DNA from: an uncultured Candidatus Saccharibacteria bacterium
GTDB taxonomy: Bacteria; Patescibacteriota; Minisyncoccia; Phycocordibacterales; PALSA-1337
Direction of reading: 5' to 3'
NCBI GenBank assembly: GCA_964600255.1
Contig: CAZRIX010000001.1
Coordinates: 118,542 to 182,541 of the forward strand
DNA length: 64,000 bases
Notes under the pieces: model-generated
Seen by the model: only the letters and a program-made list of their open reading frames with translations
What the model was told of the DNA's origin: nothing
The model's database searches: none
Made by a program: the position numbers and the translations under genes
Shown here: positions 10,771-21,080 of the stretch, piece after piece
How the letters are laid out: the number at the start of each line of letters is the position of its first letter
Numbering within the stretch: the first letter of the stretch is position 1

Positions 10771-12036
10771 ATGACATCAATAATAGAAGTAAAAGGAATA
10801 AGTAAGAAGTATAAAATAAACCACCAGCGTGGTGGCTACATTACCCTGCGTGATGTATTAACAAACATCATAAAGAGACCTTTCTCATACGTTAAGGTTA
10901 AGTCAAAGAAAATTGCAGGATTAGAGAAAAAGGAAGACTTCTGGGCGCTAAAGGGAGTAGATTTTGAAATAAATAAAGGAGAAGTTATAGGTATCATCGG
11001 ACACAACGGTGCCGGAAAGTCTACTCTTTTGAAGATCCTATCACAGATCACTCCACCGACCGAAGGAGAGATAATAATAAAAGGTACAGTTGGTAGTCTA
11101 TTGGAAGTTGGAACAGGGTTCCATCCAGAACTAACAGGACGCGAGAATATTTTCTTAAATGGCGCAATTTTAAATATGAGTCAAAAAGAGATAGCATCAA
11201 AATTTGATCAGATCGTCGAATTCTCAGGTATTGGCAAGTTTCTTGATACTCCAGTAAAATACTATTCAAGTGGTATGTATGTAAGACTCGCGTTCTCAGT
11301 TGCTGCACATATGGAGCCAGATATATTGCTAGTCGACGAAGTTTTGGCTGTTGGTGATGCAGAATTCCAAAAGAAATGTCTGGGAAAAATGGAGGAAGTT
11401 ACCAAGAAAAGCGGACGAACGATCATATTCGTGAGTCACAATATGGAGGCTATCTCTCGCCTATGTGAGAGATGTGTACTACTAGAGAAAGGTAAAGTTG
11501 TTGCTATTGGACCAACAGATGAAGTGATAAATAAATATATACAGTTGAAGGAATCTATACCTTCTGAGTACGTCAACAATGACCCGAGTGCTGACTCAAA
11601 GTCACATGGATATATAAAAAAGATACAGGTGGAAGACGAAGACAACGTTGCTGTAGACACGATTTCTGCCGGACTACCTTGGAAAACTAGAGTGAATTTT
11701 AAGATTAACGAGTTCACTCCTAGTTTCATTCTGGGTATGAGTATAAGAGGAGCTAACAATGTAACTGTGAGAACTACGTGGAGCAAGCCTCAAGATCTAG
11801 AACCTGGTAACTATGAAGCGGTGATTTCTGATGATGTAATCAATCTAAGTAGTAGAACATACACCCTTACTTTCGGATTATCATCTTTCAAGAAGTCATT
11901 CGAGAGTTTAGAGGATTGTGTATCGATCAAAATAGTTCCAGAAGGTGCAAACATTGATTCTGAAAGAATATTGACCGTAAGTGGTGGTGAAGTGATAATC
12001 AATCCGATGGAGATATCAATTAAGAAAATAAACTAA
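10771..12036 (+). CDS. wzt: Polysaccharide ABC transporter ATPase with Wzt C-terminal domain
   Basis: GHNGAGKST, YSSGMYVRLAF, LLVDEVLAVGD, VSH; start at ATG 10771 right after wzm. Confidence 0.92.
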   Translation: MTSIIEVKGISKKYKINHQRGGYITLRDVLTNIIKRPFSYVKVKSKKIAGLEKKEDFWALKGVDFEINKGEVIGIIGHNGAGKSTLLKILSQITPPTEGEIIIKGTVGSLLEVGTGFHPELTGRENIFLNGAILNMSQKEIASKFDQIVEFSGIGKFLDTPVKYYSSGMYVRLAFSVAAHMEPDILLVDEVLAVGDAEFQKKCLGKMEEVTKKSGRTIIFVSHNMEAISRLCERCVLLEKGKVVAIGPTDEVINKYIQLKESIPSEYVNNDPSADSKSHGYIKKIQVEDEDNVAVDTISAGLPWKTRVNFKINEFTPSFILGMSIRGANNVTVRTTWSKPQDLEPGNYEAVISDDVINLSSRTYTLTFGLSSFKKSFESLEDCVSIKIVPEGANIDSERILTVSGGEVIINPMEISIKKIN

Positions 12037-13424
12037 TGAAAAGACTAAAAAATTTCGCTTATAACATAGAATCACAGTGGGGCGATGACGGTGTGATAGA
12101 GGAGATTTTTAAAAGAATCGGCGAAGGTAACAAGACCTGTGTAGATTTTGGTGCCTATGATGGTCCGCATCTAAGCAATACGTGGAATCTATGGAACAAC
12201 AAAGGTTGGAATGCCCTACTTATTGAGGGTAACCCTAGTCGTATCAAATCACTAAGGGAGTATGTAGGCGATAATAAGAAGATAAAGACAGTTAACACCT
12301 TTGTAAGTACTACAGGAGAAAACAAAATAGATAATATAGTTGAAAAGAATCTCGGTTCAAACACAAAGATAGACTTGATGTCTATCGATATAGATGGTGA
12401 TGATTACTATATTCTAGAATCGATTGAGAAATTCCACCCTCGCGTAATCATCATAGAGTTTAATCCAACAATACCAGTCAACATAGACATAGTGCAAAAA
12501 CAGGGAGAGTATTTTGGATCATCAGCATTCAGTATCAACAAATTAGCTACTCAGAAAGGCTACAGATTAATAGAAATTATTGGAGCAAACTGTTATTTCA
12601 TAAAATCAGAAGAGTATTCCAAGGTGTATAGCGATGAATATACCCTAGAGAGCTTATTCCACAATGATTTTATTAGCCATGTTATAACTTCATATGGAGG
12701 TTACTCTTTTATATTGAATAAGCTTGCATTTGGATCAAAGAATAAAAAAGTAGCAAGACCTTCAATCATTTCATCATTTAAATTTATAGACTTTGGCAAC
12801 CTATTTCCACAGAAACTATCTGATATCAAGAACGATCTTAAAAAGAAGGCGTATCAGAAGTATTTAGCTCTAAGGATTAACTTCTTCAATAGAAGCCGTC
12901 CAGTACCACATGAATATAAGTCAGCCTTAATAATAAAACTAGCTAGAGAATATGGTATAAAAAGTTTTATTGAGACTGGCACATACCAAGGAAAAATGGT
13001 GTATGCACTGAGACATGTATTCAAGAAAATATATTCTATAGAAATAGACAAGACCCTATTCACACACGCAGTTGAAAGATTCAAACACTATCCTTACATT
13101 AAAATTATTAATGGCGATAGTGCTATTGAATTAGGAAAAATACTATCATCAAACAACGAGCGCTTTGTTTTTTGGTTAGATGGTCACTATTCAGCCGGAA
13201 ATACTGGTAAGTCAGATTTGAGCACTCCTATCATTAAAGAACTTGATACTATTTTCAAGACAAAAAACAAGCATGTAATTGCCATTGATGATGCGAGACT
13301 ATTCAATGGAAAAGATGATTACCCTAAGTATAGTAAAATAAAAGAAATTGCTAACAAGAACAATTATTCTTCAAAAATCAAAAAAGATATTATAATATTA
13401 CTTCCAAATGATTCAAGGAATTAA
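12036..13424 (+). CDS. Two-domain putative SAM methyltransferase (FkbM-like N-terminal plus a second MTase-like domain)
   Basis: N-domain SQWGDDG, VDFGAYDG, SIDIDGDDY; C-domain FIETGTYQG, SIEID, FWLDGHYS, IDDAR. Confidence 0.7.
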   Translation: MKRLKNFAYNIESQWGDDGVIEEIFKRIGEGNKTCVDFGAYDGPHLSNTWNLWNNKGWNALLIEGNPSRIKSLREYVGDNKKIKTVNTFVSTTGENKIDNIVEKNLGSNTKIDLMSIDIDGDDYYILESIEKFHPRVIIIEFNPTIPVNIDIVQKQGEYFGSSAFSINKLATQKGYRLIEIIGANCYFIKSEEYSKVYSDEYTLESLFHNDFISHVITSYGGYSFILNKLAFGSKNKKVARPSIISSFKFIDFGNLFPQKLSDIKNDLKKKAYQKYLALRINFFNRSRPVPHEYKSALIIKLAREYGIKSFIETGTYQGKMVYALRHVFKKIYSIEIDKTLFTHAVERFKHYPYIKIINGDSAIELGKILSSNNERFVFWLDGHYSAGNTGKSDLSTPIIKELDTIFKTKNKHVIAIDDARLFNGKDDYPKYSKIKEIANKNNYSSKIKKDIIILLPNDSRN

Positions 13425-14151
13425 AAGTAGACTAAATCGCTTAGCAAAAGCCAAGAGACTTAAATCTGATTTTGATAAGTTTAATAGTATCAATAACACT
13501 CTAAAGGAGAAGAGATTTGTTCCACTTTGGGCCAATCGGGGGCTGGTGTACGAAGATACAGAAACCACTCACTTTGATACACACTATGTTTATCACCCTG
13601 CATGGGCTGCTCGAGTATTAGCACAGACAAAACCTGCACTACACATAGACATTTCTTCCACATTATACTTTTCGACAATGGTATCTGCTTTTGTGCCTAC
13701 AAAATTTTATGATTACCGACCTGCACCTCTGAAGGAATTACCTGGCCTTGAGTGTGAACGTGCAGATCTAACCAAGCTACCTTTCCAAAATAATAGTATT
13801 AAATCTATCTCATGTATGCACACTGTGGAGCATATAGGTCTTGGTAGATACGGGGACCCGATAGATCCAGATGCCGACCTTAAGTCGATTCGAGAATTGC
13901 AAAGAGTTACAGCTATTGGTGGTGATTTGATATTTGTGGTGCCTATAGGTAAATCAAAGCTAGTTTTCAATGCGCATCGCATTTATAGTTATGCTCAAAT
14001 AATGGAGTACTTCAAGGGTTTTGAGCTAAAGGAGTTCTTTTTGATACCTGACAATGCTTTCGAAAAAGGACCAATCGTAAATGCAAAGGAAATCGATGCT
14101 GATAAACAAAATTATGGTTGTGGATGTTTTTGGTTCAAAAAAACAAAATGA
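13408..14151 (+). CDS. DUF268-like putative methyltransferase
   Basis: FDTHYVYHPAWAAR, SCMHTVEHIGLGRYGDPIDP, FNAHRIY. Confidence 0.75.
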   Translation: MIQGIKSRLNRLAKAKRLKSDFDKFNSINNTLKEKRFVPLWANRGLVYEDTETTHFDTHYVYHPAWAARVLAQTKPALHIDISSTLYFSTMVSAFVPTKFYDYRPAPLKELPGLECERADLTKLPFQNNSIKSISCMHTVEHIGLGRYGDPIDPDADLKSIRELQRVTAIGGDLIFVVPIGKSKLVFNAHRIYSYAQIMEYFKGFELKEFFLIPDNAFEKGPIVNAKEIDADKQNYGCGCFWFKKTK

Positions 14152-15380
14152 TAGACAACATCAAACATATAATCAAAGTACTTATAGGTAGGAAGGATTA
14201 TTGGTGGTACCAGAGGCATTTTGAGGGCTCAATAAACAAGGAAACGTGGACTAACAGAAATAAAATACTATCCTGGGCAAATGAATGCGTTCTAAATAAA
14301 GATAAGTATGAGTCAGAGTCTCAATTCATTAGCTCAGATGATCCTGTGGTTAGACAAGGGTATGAGCTAAGAAAAAAAATACTAAACGATTTTAAGAACA
14401 AGTTATCTGGGAAAATATACGAAAGAATTCTCATCCAAGTTCCTGACTGGAAAGTTTCTCCAGCTGGCTATTCCCTATTTTCAAATATGATTGAGTCTTT
14501 AAACTATATCGGTGTGCCAAGCACGGCACTAAAATGGGGAGAAAAAATAGATAAGTATCTGGAGGATTTTAAACCAACAATATTCCTAACGGGAGATAAT
14601 AAGGTGTATACGGACACAATAGATTGGAACTTACTCAAAGAATATAAAAAGAAGAATGATTTCAGAATTGGTCTAACAGCATCACTACAGGAATACGGAA
14701 ATACACCACTTTCAGGAAGGTTGGATTGGGCCAAAGATAACGGTATTGATTTTTATTTTAGCTTCAGAGATGAAGATTACTTCAATACACGTAATGAATA
14801 CAAACCTTTTTTTGAAAGAGGATATAAAATATATTCAGTTCCGTTTGGTGCAAACCCTTTAATCCACTACCCCCTACCAAACATCAAAAAAGATACTGAT
14901 TATATTTTTATAGCATCAGTAAACAAAACAAAAGCACATAGATATCTCAAGTACATGGGTAAAATAACAAGAAAATATCTTGGCTTTATAGATGGTCCTG
15001 GATGGCAAAACACAAAAGATTTTACCTTTAATAGAGACAGAGACAGGTACATATACGCTAGAAGTAAAATTGGCCTGAATATACATCTAGAGGAGCAGAT
15101 TGACTGGGCATGTGAGACCAGCGAGAGAACCTATCAACTAGCCGCTTGCGGTATTCCCCAAGTAACAGATCATGCAAAGATTTTTGATAAAATTTTCTCG
15201 AAGGATACCCTTTTTATAGCAGACACGCCAAGGGAATATAAAAAACTATTCAAATACATAATAGAAAACCCAGACAAGATCACGGAGCGAGTATTGAGGT
15301 CACAGAGAGAGGTTTTTGAAAAATACACGACATTTCATAGGGCTGAAAAATTTGTTACAATGTTATCTAACAATAAATAA
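14148..15380 (+). CDS. Putative glycosyltransferase (CgeB / Glyco_trans_1_2-like C-terminus)
   Basis: IYARSKIGLNIH, ERTYQLAACG, YTTFHRA; start at ATG 14148 overlapping the previous stop. Confidence 0.7.
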   Translation: MIDNIKHIIKVLIGRKDYWWYQRHFEGSINKETWTNRNKILSWANECVLNKDKYESESQFISSDDPVVRQGYELRKKILNDFKNKLSGKIYERILIQVPDWKVSPAGYSLFSNMIESLNYIGVPSTALKWGEKIDKYLEDFKPTIFLTGDNKVYTDTIDWNLLKEYKKKNDFRIGLTASLQEYGNTPLSGRLDWAKDNGIDFYFSFRDEDYFNTRNEYKPFFERGYKIYSVPFGANPLIHYPLPNIKKDTDYIFIASVNKTKAHRYLKYMGKITRKYLGFIDGPGWQNTKDFTFNRDRDRYIYARSKIGLNIHLEEQIDWACETSERTYQLAACGIPQVTDHAKIFDKIFSKDTLFIADTPREYKKLFKYIIENPDKITERVLRSQREVFEKYTTFHRAEKFVTMLSNNK

Positions 15381-15381
15381 T

Positions 15382-16194
15382 ATGGCGCTGCTATTAAACA
15401 CAGATATACAAAGCAAAATAAAGAAAAATATTAGAGGTAAGGTTGCTAGAGTCGGTGGTAGTGTTAATCAATTAATGGATTATTCCGAAATCAAGGTTGT
15501 AGACATTAACGTTATAGACGGTGGTTTTGGATACGTTAAGCGCCTTAGAGATATAAAGTCATTACGCAATCTTGCTGGAACTATCATTAGATATGCAAAG
15601 CAGGAGTATAAAAGGATTGTCTATGGCAAGAAATTTCCACTCGATCGCAAAACAATAATATTAGACCTTCACGATGCATACAACAGACTTGATCTGAAAC
15701 ACAAGTATGACGCGTGTATGACTAGTAATGTTGTTGAGCATGCACCAAATCCTATATTCTTTTTACTAAACTGCTATTTCATAACAAAAATCGGCGGCTA
15801 CCAGTATCATGCAATTCCACACTACAAGTACACATATGATATGTATAGGAAGCCTACTCCTTTTGAACACTTTATCGAGGACTTTGAAAAAAAGACGGAT
15901 TTGGATGATAAAACACATGTTGAAGACTATACTATGTCAGCTATTGTGAAGCATGGCTGGCAGCGTAAGTTCCACTCCGCCTACCCTATCGCTTACCCAT
16001 TTATGCATCACCATGTTTATGACGAGAATGTCGTAAAGCAATTGGCAGAATATATGTTTGAGGAAGTTACAAACGACGTGTTAAAAACAAATGAATATTC
16101 AGACAACATCGTAATATTCAAGAACAAACTAAATAGCAATTTTCTAAACAAGCATAGATCACTTATTGAAGAATATTCTAAGAACTTCCTCTAA
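15382..16194 (+). CDS. Putative methyltransferase-fold protein
   Basis: YDACMTSNVVEHAPNP, PHYKYTYD, HHHVY; lies within the glycan operon. Confidence 0.55.
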   Translation: MALLLNTDIQSKIKKNIRGKVARVGGSVNQLMDYSEIKVVDINVIDGGFGYVKRLRDIKSLRNLAGTIIRYAKQEYKRIVYGKKFPLDRKTIILDLHDAYNRLDLKHKYDACMTSNVVEHAPNPIFFLLNCYFITKIGGYQYHAIPHYKYTYDMYRKPTPFEHFIEDFEKKTDLDDKTHVEDYTMSAIVKHGWQRKFHSAYPIAYPFMHHHVYDENVVKQLAEYMFEEVTNDVLKTNEYSDNIVIFKNKLNSNFLNKHRSLIEEYSKNFL

Positions 16195-16198
16195 TACA

Positions 16199-17077
16199 AT
16201 GATTACAATCAAACTACAGGGTGGACTTGGCAATCAAATGTTCCAGTATGCTTTTGCCAGAAGCCTATCTCTGAAGACGGGCATTCCCTTTCAGATAGAC
16301 AACTTGGAGCTTGAGCAAGGAAAAGATTTTGTGAAAGAGCGTAGATACGCCCTGTCAGTTTTTAATGTAAATTCTAAAATCATAGATAGAAAAGAACATA
16401 GGTATTTTACTCAAGAACGTAAGCATCCTTTTTTAATAAAAATCAAAAGACGCTTAGGAATATTTGTACCGAAGGTTGTATCGCAAGCATCTGATCTATC
16501 AACCTTCGATCCAATGTCATATATTAATGAAGACGTCTATTTTGATGGGTATTATCAGGAGGAAGGATATTTTATTGAAAATTCTGAGACTATCAAGAAT
16601 GACTTCAAGCTAAAAGTCGAACTTGGTGCTGAGGCGGCAAGGATAATAAAAGCTGTTGAGAGTTGTGAAAGTGTCATCCTTCAAGTACGTAGAGGTGACT
16701 ATGCAACAAATCCAAAAACACAAAGACACTTTGCACTGACAGGTAAAGAATATTTTGATGCCGGACTCGAATATATAACATCAAAAACCAGTAAAGAGAT
16801 AGAACTTTTTATAGTATCTGATGATATTGAATGGTGTAAGTCTAACCTAAATTTTAAATTCAAAACTAATTTTGTTTCCGGACCAGATATAAAAGATTAT
16901 GAGGAGGTAATCATTATGTCCAAAGCAAAACATTTAATAATATCGAACAGTACTTTTGGTTGGTGGGGGGCATGGTTAAATGAGAATGTAAATAAAATAG
17001 TTATTGCCCCAAAAGCTTGGTTCAAGAACCCAGCTTTAAAAGCAAAAGTTGTACCAGAAAAATGGATAAAAATATAG
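16199..17077 (+). CDS. Alpha-1,2-fucosyltransferase (GT11)
   Basis: GGLGNQMFQYA, DGYYQ, VRRGDY, SDDIEWC, SNSTFGWWGAWL. Confidence 0.9.
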   Translation: MITIKLQGGLGNQMFQYAFARSLSLKTGIPFQIDNLELEQGKDFVKERRYALSVFNVNSKIIDRKEHRYFTQERKHPFLIKIKRRLGIFVPKVVSQASDLSTFDPMSYINEDVYFDGYYQEEGYFIENSETIKNDFKLKVELGAEAARIIKAVESCESVILQVRRGDYATNPKTQRHFALTGKEYFDAGLEYITSKTSKEIELFIVSDDIEWCKSNLNFKFKTNFVSGPDIKDYEEVIIMSKAKHLIISNSTFGWWGAWLNENVNKIVIAPKAWFKNPALKAKVVPEKWIKI

Positions 17078-18012
17078 ATAAAAAACAACCAAATGTTTCA
17101 GTAATAATGGCTGCAAAGAATGTGCAGGATTATATTGCCATTGCTATCGAAAGCATCATAAATCAAACCTATACTAACTGGGAAATGATTATTGTAAACG
17201 ACGGATCTACTGACCAGACCGCAAGTATAGTACAAAAATATTCTGATAAAGATAATAGAATAAAATTAATATCAAACAAAGAGTCTGTAGGCCAAGCAAT
17301 AGCAAGAAATACTGCTGTAGAACAATCTACTGGTAAATATTTGGCAATACTAGATGCCGATGACGTTGCTATGCCAGATAGAATAGAGGTACAGGTAGAT
17401 TATTTAGATAAAAACCCTGGAATCGCCGCTATAGGAGGACATGCGGAGATAATAGACTCAAAGGGTTCAACATTGGGTATAAAGCGTAAGGCGCTCAATA
17501 TAGACGCAATACGCTTTAGTTTATTACTACAGAATCAATTTATTCACTCTACAATGATGATTCGCAGGAATGTGTTTGATGCATTTGGCGGATACGACAA
17601 TACATTCCTGTACGCTGAAGATTATGATCTTTGGTCTAAGATATTGGAGAAAAATATTGTACTAAATATAGACAAAGTTGTATCCAAATTTAGAATACAG
17701 CCAGGATCCGTTACATCTATGAGTGCAACACAAAAAGTGCAGCTTAGAAATAATATGGTGATAGTCTACAGAAATGTCCGTAATCTAGTAGATTATTCAG
17801 ATAGTCAGATACAATCCATGTACGATATGGTGAACAACTATCTAAACATCTTACAAACAATACCTGCTTTCTTTTTGTACTTTAAGCTTTCTAGAAAGTA
17901 CATAAATAGATATAATGAAAATATCGATGTAAATAGACAGTTACAGATAATACTTGTAAACCGATTAAAATATACCTTTATCAAACCCATAAAAAAGTTA
18001 CTAAAGAAATAA
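17062..18012 (+). CDS. Glycosyltransferase family 2
   Basis: VSVIM, IVNDGSTD, ARN, LDADD, EDYDLW. Confidence 0.9.
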   Translation: MDKNIDKKQPNVSVIMAAKNVQDYIAIAIESIINQTYTNWEMIIVNDGSTDQTASIVQKYSDKDNRIKLISNKESVGQAIARNTAVEQSTGKYLAILDADDVAMPDRIEVQVDYLDKNPGIAAIGGHAEIIDSKGSTLGIKRKALNIDAIRFSLLLQNQFIHSTMMIRRNVFDAFGGYDNTFLYAEDYDLWSKILEKNIVLNIDKVVSKFRIQPGSVTSMSATQKVQLRNNMVIVYRNVRNLVDYSDSQIQSMYDMVNNYLNILQTIPAFFLYFKLSRKYINRYNENIDVNRQLQIILVNRLKYTFIKPIKKLLKK

Positions 18013-18013
18013 C

Positions 18014-18943
18014 ATGATCAATATTAAATGCGCACTCTGTGGAAAAGATGACTACAAAATTGTCGCAAAGGGACATGACAGATATGTTGCTGTTGATAGC
18101 ACAACTTTTCAACTCGTAAAATGCAATAACTGCAATCTATACTACCTCAGCCCTCAACCAACAAAGTCAGAGTTGGCCAAGTATTATCCAATTAGTTATC
18201 CCCCATTCACAAAGACCTCAAGTTTCCTCAATGACGGTGTAGTAACAAAAACACTGAAATCTATCAAAAATAGAATCTTCCCTAGAAAATCTCCTGAATT
18301 AGATAACTCAGATAAGCCATATAAGGTTGATAACACAAAGTTAACCGTACTAGACTTTGGTTGTGGCAATGGTAACAATCTACTTTCTATTAGATCAAAT
18401 CATCCCAATTGGTCACTATATGGCTTTGATATTGGTGAAAACACCGAGGTTAAAAATATTGGATCAGATATCACTATTATTTATGATGATTTTAATAAAC
18501 TTAGTTCATCATTCAAGAATGATTATTTTGATATGATATACATGAATAATGTTCTAGAACACATGAACGATCCAGTAAAAGTGATTGGTGATCTTTCATT
18601 ACTCCTCAAGAAAGGTGGGCAGATAATAATAGAGGTGCCAAACATCGATTCTATTAAGTTCAAAATATTTGGTAGATTCTTTTCTAGTCTAGATATACCA
18701 AGACATCTTTATAATTTTAGTCCAAAGACTCTTACCATGGTCTGTGAAAAGAATGGATTAAAAATTACCAACATAAAAATAACAGGTTCTCCAAAGAGCA
18801 CTGCACGAAGTATCTATTATATGCTCGGTATTCGTAAACAAAAAATTAATTCCCTATTTATGTATATAGTAAATAAGATTACTAAGGTTATAGGAGAGAA
18901 AAGGATTAATGATGACGTGATCATCGCCACAGTAACAAAGTAG
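18014..18943 (+). CDS. Class I SAM-dependent methyltransferase with N-terminal Cys cluster
   Basis: CALC...CNNC, VLDFGCGNG, NVLEH, IEVPN, PRHLYNFS. Confidence 0.85.
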   Translation: MINIKCALCGKDDYKIVAKGHDRYVAVDSTTFQLVKCNNCNLYYLSPQPTKSELAKYYPISYPPFTKTSSFLNDGVVTKTLKSIKNRIFPRKSPELDNSDKPYKVDNTKLTVLDFGCGNGNNLLSIRSNHPNWSLYGFDIGENTEVKNIGSDITIIYDDFNKLSSSFKNDYFDMIYMNNVLEHMNDPVKVIGDLSLLLKKGGQIIIEVPNIDSIKFKIFGRFFSSLDIPRHLYNFSPKTLTMVCEKNGLKITNIKITGSPKSTARSIYYMLGIRKQKINSLFMYIVNKITKVIGEKRINDDVIIATVTK

Positions 18944-19972
18944 CTATTTATTAAGACCTAGGAAATCAATATATTTATCGATATTACCTTGATAGCTATA
19001 CTGTTTTACCAATTTATTCAATGAGGCTTTGCCCATTTTCTTTCGTAACTCAACATCGTTTACCAGTATCTTTATTTTTTCTACCCACTCTTCAGTAGAT
19101 GCAGGTAGGTATCCAGTAACTCCATCATCTATAAAATACATGTTCTCACCTATTGGAGAAGCAATAACTGGTATACCAGCGGCCATATAGTCCAAGATCT
19201 TTAAACTGCATCTTCCCCTATTTGATTCATTATCAACTAATGGACAGACACCAATATCAAATCTGCTATTACCTTTCTGAATTTCCCCCTCCTTACCCCA
19301 ATCCAACCTATCCACAAACTCAATATTCAATCCAGGTATAGACATGGTATCTACAACTTCTTTAGATCCTAGACTGCCAATCAATAGGAATTTAATATTT
19401 ACTTTATCTTCTACCAACTTTTGTAGAGCTGGGAGCATCACTTTTAAGTTGTGTAGACTAAGCGGTGCACCACCCATCCAACCAAGCACAACTGGTTCTT
19501 TTACCCTTTCTACCTTGTATCTCTCAGCTAGAGTATAGTCCACCAAGTTTGTCATAACCATTACAGGTTTACCTCTAAGAGGACTCCATTCCGCCAAATA
19601 GTGACTAGCAACGATAAACTTGTCAGAAAAGAAAGCTAATACTCTAGGCGCAAGCGGCTTCTGTACCCAAGTAGCATCATCAAAATCGAAAATAAACTTT
19701 GGACGAAAAATTATCTTAACGATACAGATACAGATTATGAAATAATTACTAAAAATAGGATTCTGCAAAAAAACTACATCTGTCTTTCTCAATGAAAAGA
19801 TTATTTTCAAATAATCAATTCTAGCTTTCATTCGAGTGGTCTCGGTGTGGTATACAGGTGGGATCACAAGCTCGAACTTATAACCCCGTTCTTTTAGAAA
19901 ATCAGCTATAAAAAAGGCTCGATGTCTTGACCCTCCAGCACTTCTTACGGATTTGGTAAAAATATATAACAT
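18944..19972 (-). CDS. Glycosyltransferase family 4
   Basis: DFDDA, LGWMG, DIGVCPL, LKILDYMAAGIPVIASPIG. Confidence 0.88.
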   Translation of the reverse strand: MLYIFTKSVRSAGGSRHRAFFIADFLKERGYKFELVIPPVYHTETTRMKARIDYLKIIFSLRKTDVVFLQNPIFSNYFIICICIVKIIFRPKFIFDFDDATWVQKPLAPRVLAFFSDKFIVASHYLAEWSPLRGKPVMVMTNLVDYTLAERYKVERVKEPVVLGWMGGAPLSLHNLKVMLPALQKLVEDKVNIKFLLIGSLGSKEVVDTMSIPGLNIEFVDRLDWGKEGEIQKGNSRFDIGVCPLVDNESNRGRCSLKILDYMAAGIPVIASPIGENMYFIDDGVTGYLPASTEEWVEKIKILVNDVELRKKMGKASLNKLVKQYSYQGNIDKYIDFLGLNK

Positions 19973-19973
19973 A

Positions 19974-21080
19974 TTATTTAAAAACTATTACTTTATACCC
20001 GATATAATTACAAACAACTGATACAAATACAGTTGAAATCATGGCTAGGTTAGCCCACACCTGCTCATTCAATCCGTATGGGGCGCCAATGATGTTTACT
20101 AACACATGTATTATACCAATATTTACTAGAGCTACTAAGCCAGAGACCATAAAAAAGTTTCTATAATTTCTAAGTTTAATGGCTTCTTTTTTTCTAAACA
20201 CCCAGTACGCGTTTATAAAAAACGCCTGTGTAATCACCAGCACGAACGATATTAGAGAGAACACATTAATCCAACTCCCCTTTGATATACCAGATGCGAT
20301 TATAAAAAGGTTAAAAATGGCAATATTTAAAAGCGTATTATATATACCCATAAACCCATATCGTACGAACTGATAAAAAGCTCCTGTATTGAGCCTAATA
20401 TAAAGTTTAAGGAGATGATACGCCATAACCACACTATCTCTGACAAACCTCACCGATGATTCAGAATCATCAATCAGATGAACTGGAATTAATATGGTTT
20501 TCAATCCTTGCTTCTGCGCATGATAGATCAATTCCACATCAAATATAAAGCCATCTGACTTTACATCCTTAAAAATACTCTTAGCTGCATGTTTCTTAAA
20601 GCCCTTGAAGCCACATTGTGTATCCTGAACCTTATCTATCAGAATAAAGTTGGCAAGGAATGAAAAAACCTTACTTCCCAATCTTCTATCAGTAGGTCTT
20701 GTACAAGCTGACATTGAGTCTGGTAACTCCCTTGAACCTAGCACAACCTCATATCCAGACTTTAGATGATTTATCGCAGTATCTAATGCGCTTAAATGAT
20801 ACGGTATGTCTATATCAGTAAAGAAAATATAATCTCCACTAGCCACGCTAATGCCTCTTTTTACAGCGGCACCTTTGCCATGATTTGTAACCAAATCTAT
20901 TACTTTGAATGGAGCTTTTAGTTGAGATAGTATATTCATACTTCCATCTGTGCTACCGTCATTTACGAAGATTATCTCATGATCGTGCCTTGATTCGCCA
21001 AAATAGTTTAGCAAAAAGTCGACCTTTTCATTTAGCCTTTTCTCATAGTTATATACAGGAATTACTAATGAAATTTTCAT
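19974..21080 (-). CDS. GT2 polyprenol-phosphate glycosyltransferase fused to a GtrA-like membrane domain
   Basis: VNDGSTD, NHGKGAAV, FTDID, DTQCGFK, FDVE; C-terminal QFVRYG with 4 TMs. Confidence 0.88.
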   Translation of the reverse strand: MKISLVIPVYNYEKRLNEKVDFLLNYFGESRHDHEIIFVNDGSTDGSMNILSQLKAPFKVIDLVTNHGKGAAVKRGISVASGDYIFFTDIDIPYHLSALDTAINHLKSGYEVVLGSRELPDSMSACTRPTDRRLGSKVFSFLANFILIDKVQDTQCGFKGFKKHAAKSIFKDVKSDGFIFDVELIYHAQKQGLKTILIPVHLIDDSESSVRFVRDSVVMAYHLLKLYIRLNTGAFYQFVRYGFMGIYNTLLNIAIFNLFIIASGISKGSWINVFSLISFVLVITQAFFINAYWVFRKKEAIKLRNYRNFFMVSGLVALVNIGIIHVLVNIIGAPYGLNEQVWANLAMISTVFVSVVCNYIGYKVIVFK